In this document: positions 11,999-25,456 of the stretch, in pieces
Layout of the letters: each line of letters begins with the position of its first letter
Position numbering within the stretch: the first letter of the stretch is position 1
Assembly (NCBI GenBank): GCA_904063045.1
Contig: CAJFCJ010000015.1
Location: 186,001-250,000, forward strand
Origin: Dimorphilus gyrociliatus
Lineage: Eukaryota; Animalia; Annelida
Length of the DNA: 64,000 nt
Reading direction: 5' to 3'
Program-made: the position numbers and the translations under genes
The notes under the pieces: generated by a model
What the model saw: the letters and a program-made list of their open reading frames with translations, nothing else
What the model was told of the DNA's origin: nothing
The model's database searches: none

Positions 11999-14900
11999 AT
12001 GTCGTCGGGTAATCAATCGTTAAAGATTGCTTCTTCACAACAAATTGATAAAATAAAGAATCTTCTAACTGGACTTGGTAAACCTACGAAACGAGGTAAA
12101 ATTATTAACATTTTGTGTAACTGGATCCGCTGCAATAACAGCGCAACGGCTAGCAATGCATTGTAAGCTACTTCATTCAAAAACAGTTTTACGTCATGTA
12201 AAGTTTTGGGAATAATCATTTAGCTTGCTTTTAAATGATACTTATGTGATATCTATAAATGCAAACTGTACACGAACATTCAATAACAAAGTTGTACGTA
12301 GGCCAACATAGCCATTTAAAATCGAATGTAGTATCAGGTGTTGGACAGTGAAAAAAAAAACAATTTCATGAATAGCAACGATACTGTAAATATTTTCATG
12401 GGAATAAGTCTTGGTTCATTTTTCACTATGAGAATTCGTACTTTTTGTTTTTGTTAGACTAACAAATTAAAAAAAAAATACAATAAGGTTCAATAGCATA
12501 AACTTGTAAAATTATTTGGAGTAAATGTTTAAATTGGGAGCTATTTTACAAAAAATGGACCAATCAAAGATATTTTGAACAATGTTCTAATTATAGAGAG
12601 AGATAGGTTAAATTTTTTTCAAATATAGTTGTAAGAAGAGAGCGAATATTTTGCTTTTATTTTTTTAATTGCAATAATAAACAAACTCGTGTTGCAACCA
12701 GAAATAATTTTGCAATCCTTGTTTTATCTTTGTAGATTTAGCTTGTATTCTATTTTTATTAATATATTGTAAAATAAAAAAGGAGACTTGTATTTATTTT
12801 CTCTTTCTTTATAGTAAAAACATTGATTAATTTGTTAAAATAACTTTTATTTAGGAATAAGAAAATGCCCAAGTTGTGGGACATTCAATGGGACTCGAGG
12901 AATTTCGTGTAAAAATAAAGCTTGCAATGCTGTATTTAAAGAGAAAAATTTTAAAAAGGAGAGAAGCGCTGACGCTGTTAAGCTGATATCAGGATCAGGA
13001 GCTCAAATATATTCTGTCAGATTAAGAGATAAAGGTCAGGACAGTCGGGGTTTTGTTGAACTACCCATTATCCATGACAACGAGGGTCAAACTTTGAACA
13101 GGGAAGATGTTGCTATAGACGAAAGAGTTATTATGGAGGCTGCAAGATGTTATGTGGAAAATTGTCCAAGATCAATGGGCATTACAAATGGTATATCCTG
13201 CGTTCATATCAATGCTGCAATAAACTGTAAATTATTTGCGGAATCATTAACTTTTAAAAACAACATTTTGGAATCCCTTCCCGCTGACGAAGAAGTTAAA
13301 CGTTTAATATTTAGTATGGCCACTGAATTACCTGGTCCTATTGCACAGAGAGTGACCAAAAATACTATGGTTGTCAAGTGCATGGCAACAGAAAAGCATC
13401 CTTTGGGTATTTTGCATGTCACTTTTCCTGATTTAAATAAGAAAGACTCTAGATATTTGTGTGGCTGTAAAGATAAAAAAGTACCAAACGATGATAAACG
13501 ATGTATACATGTCCTCTCTTGTGTATGTTGTTTTATTAGTGATGAAAAATTGAATTTGGAGTTTGAAAATTGTATCAAACGTAAGTAACTTTCTTCTTTC
13601 TACAAAAAAAAATAGTATTATTCACGTTTACTATTTTCAGATGTGTTATCTAGTCCGGAAGCCTGTATAGTAGTCTATACAAATGAGGTTGAGAAGGAGC
13701 ATCAAGTAACTTTATCAGAAGAGACAATGAATGCAACCGAAATGATTGACGATGTTTCTATCAACGAACAAACAGATGACAGTAAAACATATATGATTAT
13801 CGACGATCAAGTAATTGGAGTGGCGGAAATTAATCAACTAGAAGAAGAACCTGTTGAAAAGAAAATGAAAACGATATCCGTGGAACAAGATCTTATTCAG
13901 CACATCACTAGCTCTGAGAGAGTTGGAGAACTAAGCAGTGGTGAAAAATCAGATGATTCGGACATTAATAGAGTCCTTGTCGAAGAAGATGACGTTGCAG
14001 AATTCCAAAATCCGTCTTTATCTTCTCCAATGTCAAATGTTATACCTGTTCGACCAAAACCGGTTCAGTTGAAAATGCCGCGGAATGCTCCTCCAAGAAC
14101 ATTAACTCTTCAAACATCGAGTTTACATACAGCCTCAGTTCTATATGAACAAAATTTAAGCTATTATGTAAATAAACAAAGTAAGTCAAAATAGAAATGA
14201 CAGCAAAATCACTTTACGGTAGCGCAATCTAGTAGCTTTTTTTGTATTATCCTTGAAAAAATTGTTCTAAATAATTAGAAACGATTGGATATTATGTAGA
14301 AAATATATTTAAAATAATTTTACTTTTAGTTCTTAATTAATCATTATTTTTAATATTTCAACTATATAAATCAGTTAATTTATTATTTATTTCTTTGCAG
14401 TTTTGCCCCCAAATAGTTCAAATCTTCAAGAAGATGACCTACACATTTCTTTTCTTACTTGGCTCAGCGGCGTGACAGAGAGAATAAACAGCACTATGCA
14501 CTATCAATTCTCAGGTAAGCAGTTATGAATAAAGATAACTCTTTGCTACATAATATATATTTTTTCATAAGCCCCATTGTTATAGACAGTCATTGTAAAA
14601 AGATTATTTCAATACCATTGTTAGCACATCAGTCGAGAATTACTTGGAAAATCATTAAGTTTTATCTCGGAAAAACTATTCATTTTTTGAGATTTACTTT
14701 CCTTTTAATAGTCTTATCTTTTTGTAATTGAAGCGTTTCACAGAATACTTTAGTATATATATACAGTATATATATAGTAAATGTGCAATATATATAATGT
14801 ATATTTAGTATCAAAATACGTGTAATTTGTGAATATGTAATCTAATTGAGTTTACGAGAGTTTTTTTCTTAAAAATAGAACTCTAATTGTAGCATTTTAT

Positions 14901-16271
14901 GCAAATTTACTTGGTCTCTATTCTATGTCAGATATTAGCTACTTATTAACAATGATAAAAAAAAGTATGGTTACATCTATGGTTACATGTGTTATATCGC
15001 CGAAGCAAGCTTGTTATCTGCAATTTTAATGGATTGACTAGAATATATACTTAATAGTTACATTATAATGGATGTATAATTCCATAATTGCCTTTCTTTT
15101 GTTAAAAGGTTTCTTGGATGATAATTGAAACAAAATTCCTTTTAGAAGGACTTCTCTTAAAATTTCTGTATTTGAAACCTGCATTCACGTGTTTTCCTTT
15201 CAATTAAATTAGAGCTGGTTACACAAAGAAACTATTTCACACAATATGTATTATATATAAAGTCTTATTATTAGTTTTACTTAGTCAAAAATAGCTTCAA
15301 AATACTTTATCTAATTAGTTAACTTTGTATTTTTTAAATTTTCAGTAAATTAATTACTTCTATCATTCCTTATTGAAATAGGAAAACCGGATCCTATAGT
15401 CGTCCAAGTTCCTCACGTCTTCTTCGAAGCCTTTCAACAAAGAATTTCAATAGGCAAGAAGAAGCGTTTACCAAACACAACGTGTATAGATAGCCGAAAG
15501 GAGTCGCCGCCAATTGGAAACTTTACTCGATTTACTTGGCATTTGCATAATATTCTGCACGTCAAGTGTATATTTGATACACCGCAAGTTAGTAATGTAT
15601 CCTTTAATTCTCTTTTACCCTAATTATTTTCCCTTCTTTCTCTACCGGATACCGAGCTTGTTACTAGATGAAGGAGAACGCATTATGTTTCTCTCGAGAC
15701 CAATTTATCAATTTCCATACATGAAAAACTTGTAGACTCATGTTTATTATTCGAGAGCAGATTTGACTTTAAGCGGAAGAAAATATTACGTCTAGGGAAT
15801 TACAGTTTTTTCATGATTAAATTATAACGGTTATTTAACCATTGCACATAATACTTACTATGCATTCGTAGAATTCGTCTATATTTTTATTTAAAGATCA
15901 ACAGAGTTTTAGAGTTTAAAGGCTTTTTTCTAATTTTCCGCCTCCTTTTGCAGGTATTACTCGACATTTCTCGTTGCTATGTTGAAAAAGATGGCAATTT
16001 CACCTACCTAAACGAATCTCAAAGAAATCTTGAGCAATCTTCGAAGTCTAAGCAAACAAAAACTGTAGAATTAAAAACATACTTGAAAGTTGGATTCACA
16101 GAGGCTGACCAGAAAGACTCTACACCGTTTATAATTGAATGGATGCCCGATCTCTGGCCAAAATGCAAGATAGGTGAAATGAGATTAATCTTTGAATTTG
16201 GTCATATGAGAAATGGTGTGATTGAACGTCCGACCAATAGAAGAAGTACGAAAATTGGGATTAGGAATTGA
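11999..16271 (+). CDS. C2orf42: C2orf42 homolog (uncharacterised zinc-binding protein), multi-exon; an in-frame ATG also exists at 11990
   Basis: Exon 1 [12 protein letters not shown] (ends 12095) splices to [24 protein letters not shown] (from 12855). Further motifs: [31 protein letters not shown]|[31 protein letters not shown] and [13 protein letters not shown]. Confidence 0.9.
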
Positions 16272-17598
16272 AATAATTTTTTATTTTCAAAAATAATTCA
16301 AGAGATTTGACTGAAACTTCAATTAAATAAACTGGTTTTATCATTGTTTGTTTGATGACTTATGTTGATAATAAACTCAAATTAACAGCATATAGAAACA
16401 AAGTATATATTTTATATATACATATGCATATATATTTATTTTGTAGTTTACAGCATAAATGTTCGCATTATTTTAATTTTTTTATATTCTCTTAGCATAT
16501 TCAATTATTAGTTTTAAAATTAATGAAGAAATTATTAATGCCTTTTTCGTTTGATATAGAGTATAAAAAGGTATTACAGATGTTTAAACAATTTTACCCT
16601 CTGAAGCTGTGATTGCAAATGGAGAGAGAGAGAGAGGCAATCTATGAGAGATCTTGTGAAGAAGCTAGTTGATGAAAGGTGATAAAAGAAAAACTGTTTA
16701 TGATATTATGCTAAACTCTATGGTTCGGGGGGATGTTAAATATATAGAAGCTATCATAAGCTAATTATTCTTATATATGGTCCTTATACTATGATATATA
16801 TGAGAGATTTCATCATGCTAAATTAGAGGAAATTGTCATTTATTTAAATGATGAAAAATATCTCTTTTGATTAATAGGGAATTATTTAAAGTTCTTTAAT
16901 CTTAGCTTTTGGTAAGAATTATTGTGGTATACTTATCAGTCTAAATATTGTATGGCATTTACACTAGTTGGAACAGTAAAGGAGGAAAGAAGGCTAAAAA
17001 AGGGGTGATAGTAGGGGTTGCAGAGTCTGACGTTAATTGAGTTGGCTTCTTTCATGTTTGCTTCTTTCATTTAATGAAACAACTACAATAGTTTGTTTTA
17101 GGACCTATTGCAACTTTCAAAGTACTCGCGCTCTTTACTCCTAAACGACATCTAACTAAACAGATAATTATATTGCCTTAGCTAGTGCCGTTAATGGGAA
17201 ATATTACGCATACTCCTACGCAGTAAAAATAGAATATTGTCGGTAATTTAATATAAAGAAAAGGGTCTACTTATGTTGTTTTTTAATACACACTGCAATT
17301 ATTTCTATTGTAACCGAATATTCATATTGACATCTAATTTGCATAATTCATTGATTAAGGCGACTAATCATTAATCATTAAATGCTTTGATTGAATTTAC
17401 TTATTTGCTAACATTTTTTCTTTTACATCTTTTATTTATTTTATCTTCCACGACATTTCTGTTTCAAGGAAAAGGGTGCTGAGGGATATCTTGAAGACAA
17501 CATCTATCAGAAAAAGGGGTAACATTTGACAAGATTTCTAGAAAATGAAATTTTGAGGAGGAACAAACATCCCTAAAATTTTATTCTTTTATTAAAAG

Positions 17599-20500
17599 TT
17601 AATAATCGTTTCGAAATTTTTGATATTCATTTAGCTTCTTCTCTGCGAATTCCAGAGCCGTTCGCCTAGATGATAGTAAGGATGAGTAATCGAAATTGTT
17701 ACAGTACGTCGAATTGCATTCGAAATGGCAAAAGACCATATTAGGACTAGTTGAATGGCATTGTGATCCATATTCCTTCGAGCAACCTCGCCGTAGGAAA
17801 CTTAAACCTAAAAAAGATGCAAAAAGAAAGAAATATAAATGCCATAATAATAATAATAATAATAACATGAACAATAAGAATAAAAAACTATTGCATCATG
17901 AAAAGACAAACAATCTCTTTATCCATTTTAATTACTTATTCAAAAGTTGAAGGAACCTTTTTTTGAATATTCTAACTTTTAATTACTGACAAAGCTATAT
18001 GACTTCATCTATATGAATTGAGTCTGGTTTAGTTATTTTCTTATCGTATTCCAGAGACAATTACCAGTAAAGGATGGCTAGGGAAAAGGCGAAGAAAAAT
18101 AGAAATATGGATTATATTTAGATATGACTAATGGCTTATAATCATTAAAACTACACAAGTGTATCTTCTTGTTGAAGTCGGTGTTAAATAAAAAAAAATA
18201 TAAAAGAACATTCAGCTTCAATATCACATGACACTGTAATATGTAGTATCTCTGCTCACAAAGCATTCTGCTCTCGTACATGTCTTGTTATACTTTGCTT
18301 TTATATTAAATCTAAACACAAATTCTTGATTCTTTATCTCACAAATCTATCAGATATAGCGAATACATTAATCCAGATTAAATTTCTTTCGAGTCTTTGG
18401 ATCTTGTTTTGCCGTTCTCTCCCTGGTTCTCTTTTTTCTCTAACATACTATTTTCTTATTTACATTTCATCTATGATTTCGTTATATTTTTAGAAATTCT
18501 ATTTTAACTAAATAAAACATTCCATTCGTCTTTTCATCCAAGTTTATTTAATTATTTGACTTTCATTAACCAAGTAGACTATTACTCTATCAAGAAATTT
18601 ACTCACGTTACAATAAAAATATGCCTTTACTCGGCAAAGGAATATCAGACTTACAAAAAGAGAAATTCAGGAAGAGAAAAGAAAGAAAAAGTTACAGTTA
18701 CTTTTATTATCGAAATTGAAAGTTAGAAGATCTTCCTAGTATTAAACTCAACTATCTTCTTTTCTTTATTATTAGTTAAAATGTTATTGAACGTTTTTTA
18801 ACTATTAAATATGATGATAAAGATTTCAAAAGATAGATTTTTACTTCATTTCTATCTTTTACCTATAAGAAGTAATTTTCGTACGAAATACCTTAACGTT
18901 AATTGTTAGATTCCGTGTGTAATTGTTGTAATAAGAAAAAAGATTCTTTTTTATCTAATTCCTCAACACTACATTGTCATTATAAGATGTATAACATTCA
19001 TGTCACGAACAAAATAATCCCAATTAAGAAGTTCAATATCCAATTTATTTTCATTTATCATCACCTTCAACATAATTGTTTAATTAATTAATTATTCAAT
19101 TACCTATTATATAAATAGAGTCAAATAATAGATTTGTATTAATTTGATGTGCTTTCATTATGTAATGCTTTATTGCTTTGAGTGATTTCAAAAAAAACGA
19201 AATTATATGCGTTACATAATTATTAACCGAATGATATTTGTCATGAAAAGAAAAAAAGAGGAAGATCAATATTTTAGTATTTTCTTCCTATTATTTCTCT
19301 TTTTTTAAATGATATAAGTAATATTAATACTCTAATTATTAGACTATTGACTATTTAAAATATAGAATTACATGTAAAATCGTCCATTATAATTTAATTG
19401 ATATATCTTTGAAAATATATTAAGTTGTATAAGTGCGCTATATTTTTACATTTTATGATTCTTAATGAGTTCATTTCTATCATTTGCGTTCTCTATAAAA
19501 GATGAGAAAAAAGAGTAGCTCATACACAAAAGTTTCCAATGTTAGATAGGTAGAAACAGAAAGAAAGAGAGAGACAGAGACTGACGAACAGACAGATAGA
19601 ATATAAAAAGAGAGATACACACACAGAAAGAGAGAATTATATGAAAGAACGAGTAAAAACAGTACTACGATAAGTACATATCCCCCCTTTTTTTCTGCAT
19701 AATAATGATACTCCTACTCTTTTTTTTCCCCTTCTTTTGTCCCAATGCTTTTTAAGTTTAAGGATAAAATTTTATATATTCTATAAATAGACTCATTTTC
19801 TTTTTACATATCATATCTCTGTGCATTATTTATCATGTATATTCATTTCTTTTCACGTTCACTTACTCTCTTGCTCATTCACCCGTTCATTCATTCAACC
19901 ATTCATTTCATCTTCTATGTGTTCACACGTTTTCTTTATTCATTCCCATTTGGACTATTTATATATATTGAGATATATATATATATATATATTTATGAGA
20001 GTTTTAAATTATCTATGCTCGATTAATTAGTTCTCACTGTATAAGCCTAAAAAATTTCGTGTTTTCATCAGAGTCTAATCATTATTTCTATAATTTAAAC
20101 GAGAAATTAGTATCTTTTTTTAGGTATTGTGAAATGGAGGAAGAAAGTGGTTGTTATAAGTTTCTTCTGTACACTACCATCAAAATTATATTAACGCCTG
20201 TTCTAATCACATGACTCTTCTCTTTTTCATCTAGAATAAAAGACTGACACTTCTTAATGTTTGTCTTCAACAGTCAACAGTCTGTAGATTAATTGCTAGG
20301 TTGTTAGCACCTTTTTTCTATCTTAGAAGGGACTTTTTTTGGAAAGATAATGAAAACGGAAGAAGAGTAAAGAAGAGAGGAAGAGGAAGAAAAATAATCA
20401 AGTGCCTAGAGATTTGTGTAAAACATTCCGTGGAAACTTTTCACGATCTCAAATGATATATTTCAAAAGAGTCATTTGTTCAAATAAATTAAATTAGCTA

Positions 20501-20622
20501 ATAAAAAAACAAGAATTATTAGGAACGTTAAATTCATTTCTTTTCAAAAACAGACATGTTCCTGGAGGTTAAAGATTCAATAAAATTCTCAATGGAGAGT
20601 GCATGCTATTAAAATATATAGA

Positions 20623-20653
<31 letters not shown>

Positions 20654-21814
20654 TCTTGGTATAAAAAAAAACCTATTACAAAGTTATCAGATAAAAGATG
20701 TCTCCTTTTACTATTTTATAAAGAGAATTTTCTCTTCTATAAAAGTGCCAGACGGACGTATATTTCTTTAAAATATTAATCGACAAAGGGAGCATCTAGT
20801 TTAAAAACTAATTTCCTCTTTATATCTTTCATCTGTCAAAAATAGGAAGAGAAATTTTCCCTAACCTAACTGACCATGTTATTTTAAATTTCTTCGTCCT
20901 TTTTTTGCCACTCTCACTCTCTCTCTGTCTCTCTATTTTAGCATCACTCAAGAGCTCTCTTCCTCGCAGCAAATTACCTTTAGTATTTTAATTTAGTTTA
21001 ATGATTTGTAAACGCAGTGATAAGCTATTAAGTGAAAATCATTTAAAGTATCTGAAGGTAAGAGATGGAACGAAGAGACATTAAATCTCAATTTGTATAT
21101 CAACTGTTGGCAGTTTAATTAACATGGAGAAGAAAAAAAATTGTCCAGTAATTTTTAAAAGGATGAACAAGGATGAAGAAGTAAAAAAAAAGCTAGAAGA
21201 AAGAAGAAATCTTTCTTCTCTTGAATAAAGATATAGAGAGATGAGTTTGATCTTTTTTAGACGTAACCCATGACTGCCTCCTTTGATGAGAAAAATTTTC
21301 GTTATTGGTATAAAGCTAATTGTTCATATTAAAGAATAGTTTCAGGTAGAATGCAAAATCCAATTACAAGTTTTAGACTATTTTTAGAAACTTGATAGAT
21401 CTGCTTCAAATGAAGGACACACACAGTGAGAGAGAGAGAGAGAGATAAGAGATTTAACACTGCTATATAAAAAAAACAGTGTGCTAGTGGTCATTTTAGC
21501 TTTTTTTTTTCAATTCCTTATTTACAAAGAATATGCTCTTAAGAGGAAAATGTACCTGTATCCTTAAGAAACCCGATAAATGTTGTACATGCTGATTTAC
21601 AAACTTTGATTCTTGCTGCCCCTCTTACGCATCCTTCGGTATCCTCGCAGTGGAAACACCAGATAGCGTCAACTGTTGAAATTATAGGCCTATTCATTTG
21701 ATAAGGAATTCCTCTTTGCTAAAAAAAAATTAAATTAATATCCGAATAAAAACCTTTGTCCGTGCAACATCCGACAATTGTCAGAAAGCAGGTGAAGAGA
21801 ACATGAATTCTCAT
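17599..21814 (-). CDS. Secreted Ly6/uPAR (three-finger, LU-domain) protein, 128 aa, 3 exons (21814-21754, 21672-21556, 17807-17599)
   Basis: Signal peptide MRIHVLFTCFLTIVGC, then IWCFHC...C...C...C|...RRGC...C...C...C...YCN with 10 Cys. Both introns are phase 1, and the exon lengths (61+117+209) sum to 129 codons. Confidence 0.85.
19970..19990. repeat. (TA)n microsatellite
   Basis: Direct read; lies inside the long Ly6 intron. Confidence 0.85.
20625..20652. repeat. (TA)n microsatellite
   Basis: Direct read of an AT dinucleotide run. Confidence 0.9.
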
Positions 21815-23935
21815 AGCGCTTTAAGCGTCGAATGTGGAGCGTCGTAGGCGGCGTTTTTGTGACGTCGATCTCTAGCAGTATCAAACTCATAAAAACTGCA
21901 ATGAATTACAAAAACGTCAATACAAATATATTAAAAATATAGTCTTTATAAACGAATGAATATAAATATTATCAAGTAAGGTAGAAGTAGGAAACTTGAT
22001 GAAGTCTGAAGAGAGGCTGAACATCACAGAACACAAATAGAACTAATGACTAGGACGGTTTTCTAGAATGCAAAAAATTATCTTTTCGTAAATATATCTT
22101 TGATTAGAATAACGAGAATCCTTTATCTATTAACTGCTTAGCTTTTTCCCCAATTTCTAAATCTTCTTTATCAATCACGATTGCTCATTTTTCAGGGAAT
22201 TTCAGATAATCTAAGGATTTTATTTTATAGGTAAAATGCTAAATACAACATTTGTATTTATCTACATAGACTATACAAAACAAATATTTAGAAGTCTTCT
22301 TATCTACCAATAAATTAGAAGAGAATTTCTAGAACCAACAAACAAATCAACAATTATCTACTACTTTTTGTTAGACGAAGAGGAAAGCGTAGGTAGGGCA
22401 GTTATTGTATTCTCCTCTGCTTTTTTAACAATTACCATGGAGTATTTACTTCTTGTTTTCCAATCTTTATTTATCAACTGAACAGTAAGTTAAAGGAATA
22501 ATTAATAAGGGACATCTAAGTATCATTTGCTACTTTCTAATTGACTTTTTATTTAATACTTAAAATAAACAAGCTCAACTTAATCAGGTTCTGAAAGTAT
22601 CATTATCTTTTAAAACGACCAAAATCTAATAAACACGATCACCCGCAAACTTCAATAATACCTGTAATTAAATGTACTAATCCAAAGGATTGATTGAAAC
22701 TCCAATTAGAGTGAAATATGCAACAATATACCAACCAAAAGGATATTAAAACAGTCATACAAATCGTAAACTGCTCTCTTTTCCTTTTTTTCTCTCCATA
22801 AGTCTCCTAAAAACAAAGAGTTGTGGAATATCATTTTTTATACATTTCTAACTTTGCCCATGTAATTAAAGAGAAAAAATGTAATATATCATACATATTG
22901 GATATATATACACATACGTCCCATTCGATATTGTGACGTCATCGCATATTGTCGTAAATAAGGATGAAGATTTCTTCTTATACGCTTTGATAATAAGGAA
23001 TTGATGCTTGAAACCGTTTGGATAAGGGAAGGATGTTTTATCTTTATAGGCTTTATAGGGTCATTAGATATTAATTAACGCCCAGTTGGATTACATATAG
23101 GTCAAGACTAAGTACTGCGTTGACCAAGACGAACTTAAAACATCACTAATCAAGCTAGCTGTTTACAAATAAATTCATAAATACCGTCTATATGTCACAA
23201 AAACGTCATCTGGAACTTTGACCTTTGTAAATGAATAGTCAATTACTGTCTAATATGGTAAAACTAAGTTCTTATCATTAAGCCGACTTTCTTATTATTT
23301 TAATGATAAATAAGACACTCTTAAGTATTAATCAGTTCACTCTTCTTCCTCCTTGTCTTTCCTTTTTGTTTTTTCTATAAAGTTCTATAAAATTGGCCAT
23401 TAAGTTCTTAAAAATTGTTATAGATGAAAGATCGGTTCTTATAATTAAAACAATCTATTTATATATTCCACTTGTAAGATGTATTTTTTATTAAGACGCA
23501 CGAGAAACTAAGAATTCTATTAATGTTGAAAAGATGAGCGAAAAGTGCCAAAAGCCATACAAAAATATTACACAAAATGCGCCTAAGACAATTTTTTCTG
23601 TCCCTCGATATTACAAAAGGCCTACTAAAACATATGTTCCATTAATCTCCTAATTACAGAACTTTTTGGCAGCCCTAGCTCATCTTTTCTTGCTATTTTT
23701 AGTTTGATTGAAATTTATTTATCATTACATATTTTGGCTAATTCCTTTTGTTTTTTTCTCTTTACCCGAAGTTACATGTTTTAAATATTTATAATTGTTC
23801 TTGTGAGCCTAATTTACTTCAGTATTCTTTAACCTCTCAATTTTTGACTTCTCACCCTCTAGAGAATCAATAAACTATTGTAGATAAATCTAATCAGTAT
23901 TTATAATATCCTTTAAACTCCGTTCTAACGTGGTT

Positions 23936-24007
23936 GGGGATGTAGCTCAGCGGTAGAGCGTTCGCTTCGCATGTGAAAGGCCCCGGGTTCAATCCCCGGC
24001 ATCTCCA
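23936..24007 (+). tRNA. tRNA-Ala(CGC): tRNA-Ala, anticodon CGC, intronless
   Basis: 72 nt cloverleaf: acceptor GGGGATG/CATCTCC with G3:U70, D-stem GCTC/GAGC, anticodon loop TTCGCAT, T-loop TTCAATC, discriminator A. Confidence 0.97.
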
Positions 24008-24008
24008 G

Positions 24009-24024
24009 TTTTTTTTTTTTTTTT
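24009..24024 (+). terminator. Pol III oligo-T terminator of the tRNA
   Basis: Long T run directly 3' of the tRNA. Confidence 0.8.
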
Positions 24025-24760
24025 AATTTAAAAAATGATAAATACTGTCTAAAAGTCCTAATTTACTTATGTTTCTAAACGACATATAAAACTGGAATAA
24101 ATTTCTTCTTGACGATACTCAATGTCTTGGCGTTTTTTTCGCTTTTTTTAATCCTGCCTAAGAGAAAATGTATTTTCCTTTTGTTAAACAAACCTAAAAA
24201 TATCATATATATATAGATTTCCAAATTCAAAGAAACGAAATAAAAAACAATTCAGCAGTTAGCTTTGTAAGCCAACCTACTACTTCTTTCCTTTTTCCTG
24301 TTGATAATACTTTTCTTATACAACCTTTTGTCGCTTAACATCAATAGGATTATATAAAGTTTTTATCCACGATTAGGATATCTAAGTATAAACGTATCAA
24401 GATACAAGGTCTTTGAATTTCCCGTGTAAACCGATAGCGAAAGATTAAATATAACAATAAAGTTGGCTTGTGTTTTCCTTTGTCCCCCTCCCCCATCTTA
24501 GGTGAACTTTCTTTCAGTAGTCTTCAGCCAGATATTAACCAGCCAGAAGAGAGGGTTGGCTATTATTTGTTTCCCTAAAAATATTCTGTTTAGATTATCT
24601 TTGTTTAAAGAAGATTTTACAAAATATAATGAATAACTATTCATAAAAAACGTAACAGCAAAAAGTTTCATTTTTGTGTAGTCCCCAGATCGGAATATCT
24701 TAATCCGTCAGATGGCACTCGAATAAGAAGCTGTCGTCATCTAAAATTTCTTTTTCCAAT

Positions 24761-25456
24761 TTAATATCCATAGTAATGATTAGCGTAACCTGGTTTCTTC
24801 TCAGTTGTTATTATATTTTTATATTTTCGCTTATATTTTAAACTTCTAACGTATGTGTCCCTTCCAGGAAATGCAGTTACTCCGTCGAAAAACGTGTCAG
24901 TTTCTGGATCGAAGCGTTTATACTCATACATTATGGATAAATTCTTTGGTAGGTCTAGCTGCTTCATATCTTCTAGTGCTGATGTTCTTTTAACTTCTCT
25001 TCCAAAATACTCAACGCAATCCGCAACAGTTTTCATTTCAGTAAGAATTGATGCTGGAACATCATGATCAAATTCTTCGATAAATCTCGATACGAGTTTA
25101 TATTTTATATAAGCATCCTCCAAAGAGACGCTTTTATAGTCGGCTTTTTGGCAAGTTTTTTTCGTTATATCTGCAATCCGTTCCTCGTAATTTGAAGGCG
25201 GCTTATAAGCTCGTTTAGTTGTTAATCCTCCTTTTTCTCTTAAAGTATTTAAACGTTCTTTTATTGTTTGACCGTCATGTCCCGGTATTAATTTTCGTTT
25301 TGTTGCATCGAAATCATCTAACATTTTTTCAGCATCTTCTTTAGTTGTTTTTGACTTTCCAAATAATTTTCTAGTACAAATTATGTTTAAACATATTGTA
25401 TTTTGTGTAGGATATGCATATTTAAAAAAAGCACGACTGCACAAGGCGGCTGCCAT
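24761..25456 (-). CDS. MRPL50: Mitochondrial ribosomal protein L50, intronless
   Basis: True ATG at 25456 (MAAALCSRAFF...). Protostome mRpL50 motifs YKPPSNYEERI, LPKNLSI and RFDPETDTFFDGVTAFPG...LKYKRKY. GCGGAAGT (ETS-type) lies just upstream of the ATG. Confidence 0.85.
   Translation of the reverse strand: MAAALCSRAFFKYAYPTQNTICLNIICTRKLFGKSKTTKEDAEKMLDDFDATKRKLIPGHDGQTIKERLNTLREKGGLTTKRAYKPPSNYEERIADITKKTCQKADYKSVSLEDAYIKYKLVSRFIEEFDHDVPASILTEMKTVADCVEYFGREVKRTSALEDMKQLDLPKNLSIMYEYKRFDPETDTFFDGVTAFPGRDTYVRSLKYKRKYKNIITTEKKPGYANHYYGY

Noticed and set aside
18240-18300. Minus-strand Cys-containing stretch (TCTRAECFV) as an extra Ly6 exon
   Set aside because: The splice phases do not fit, and the 10-Cys domain is already complete without it.
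19821-20030. Track ORFs 19821-20030 and 19835-20026
   Set aside because: Low-complexity TTCA/TA repeats inside the Ly6 intron; no splice or homology support.
23108-23116. CTAAGTACT resembling the 5' end of miR-252
   Set aside because: The match stops after 9 nt and I saw no convincing precursor hairpin.
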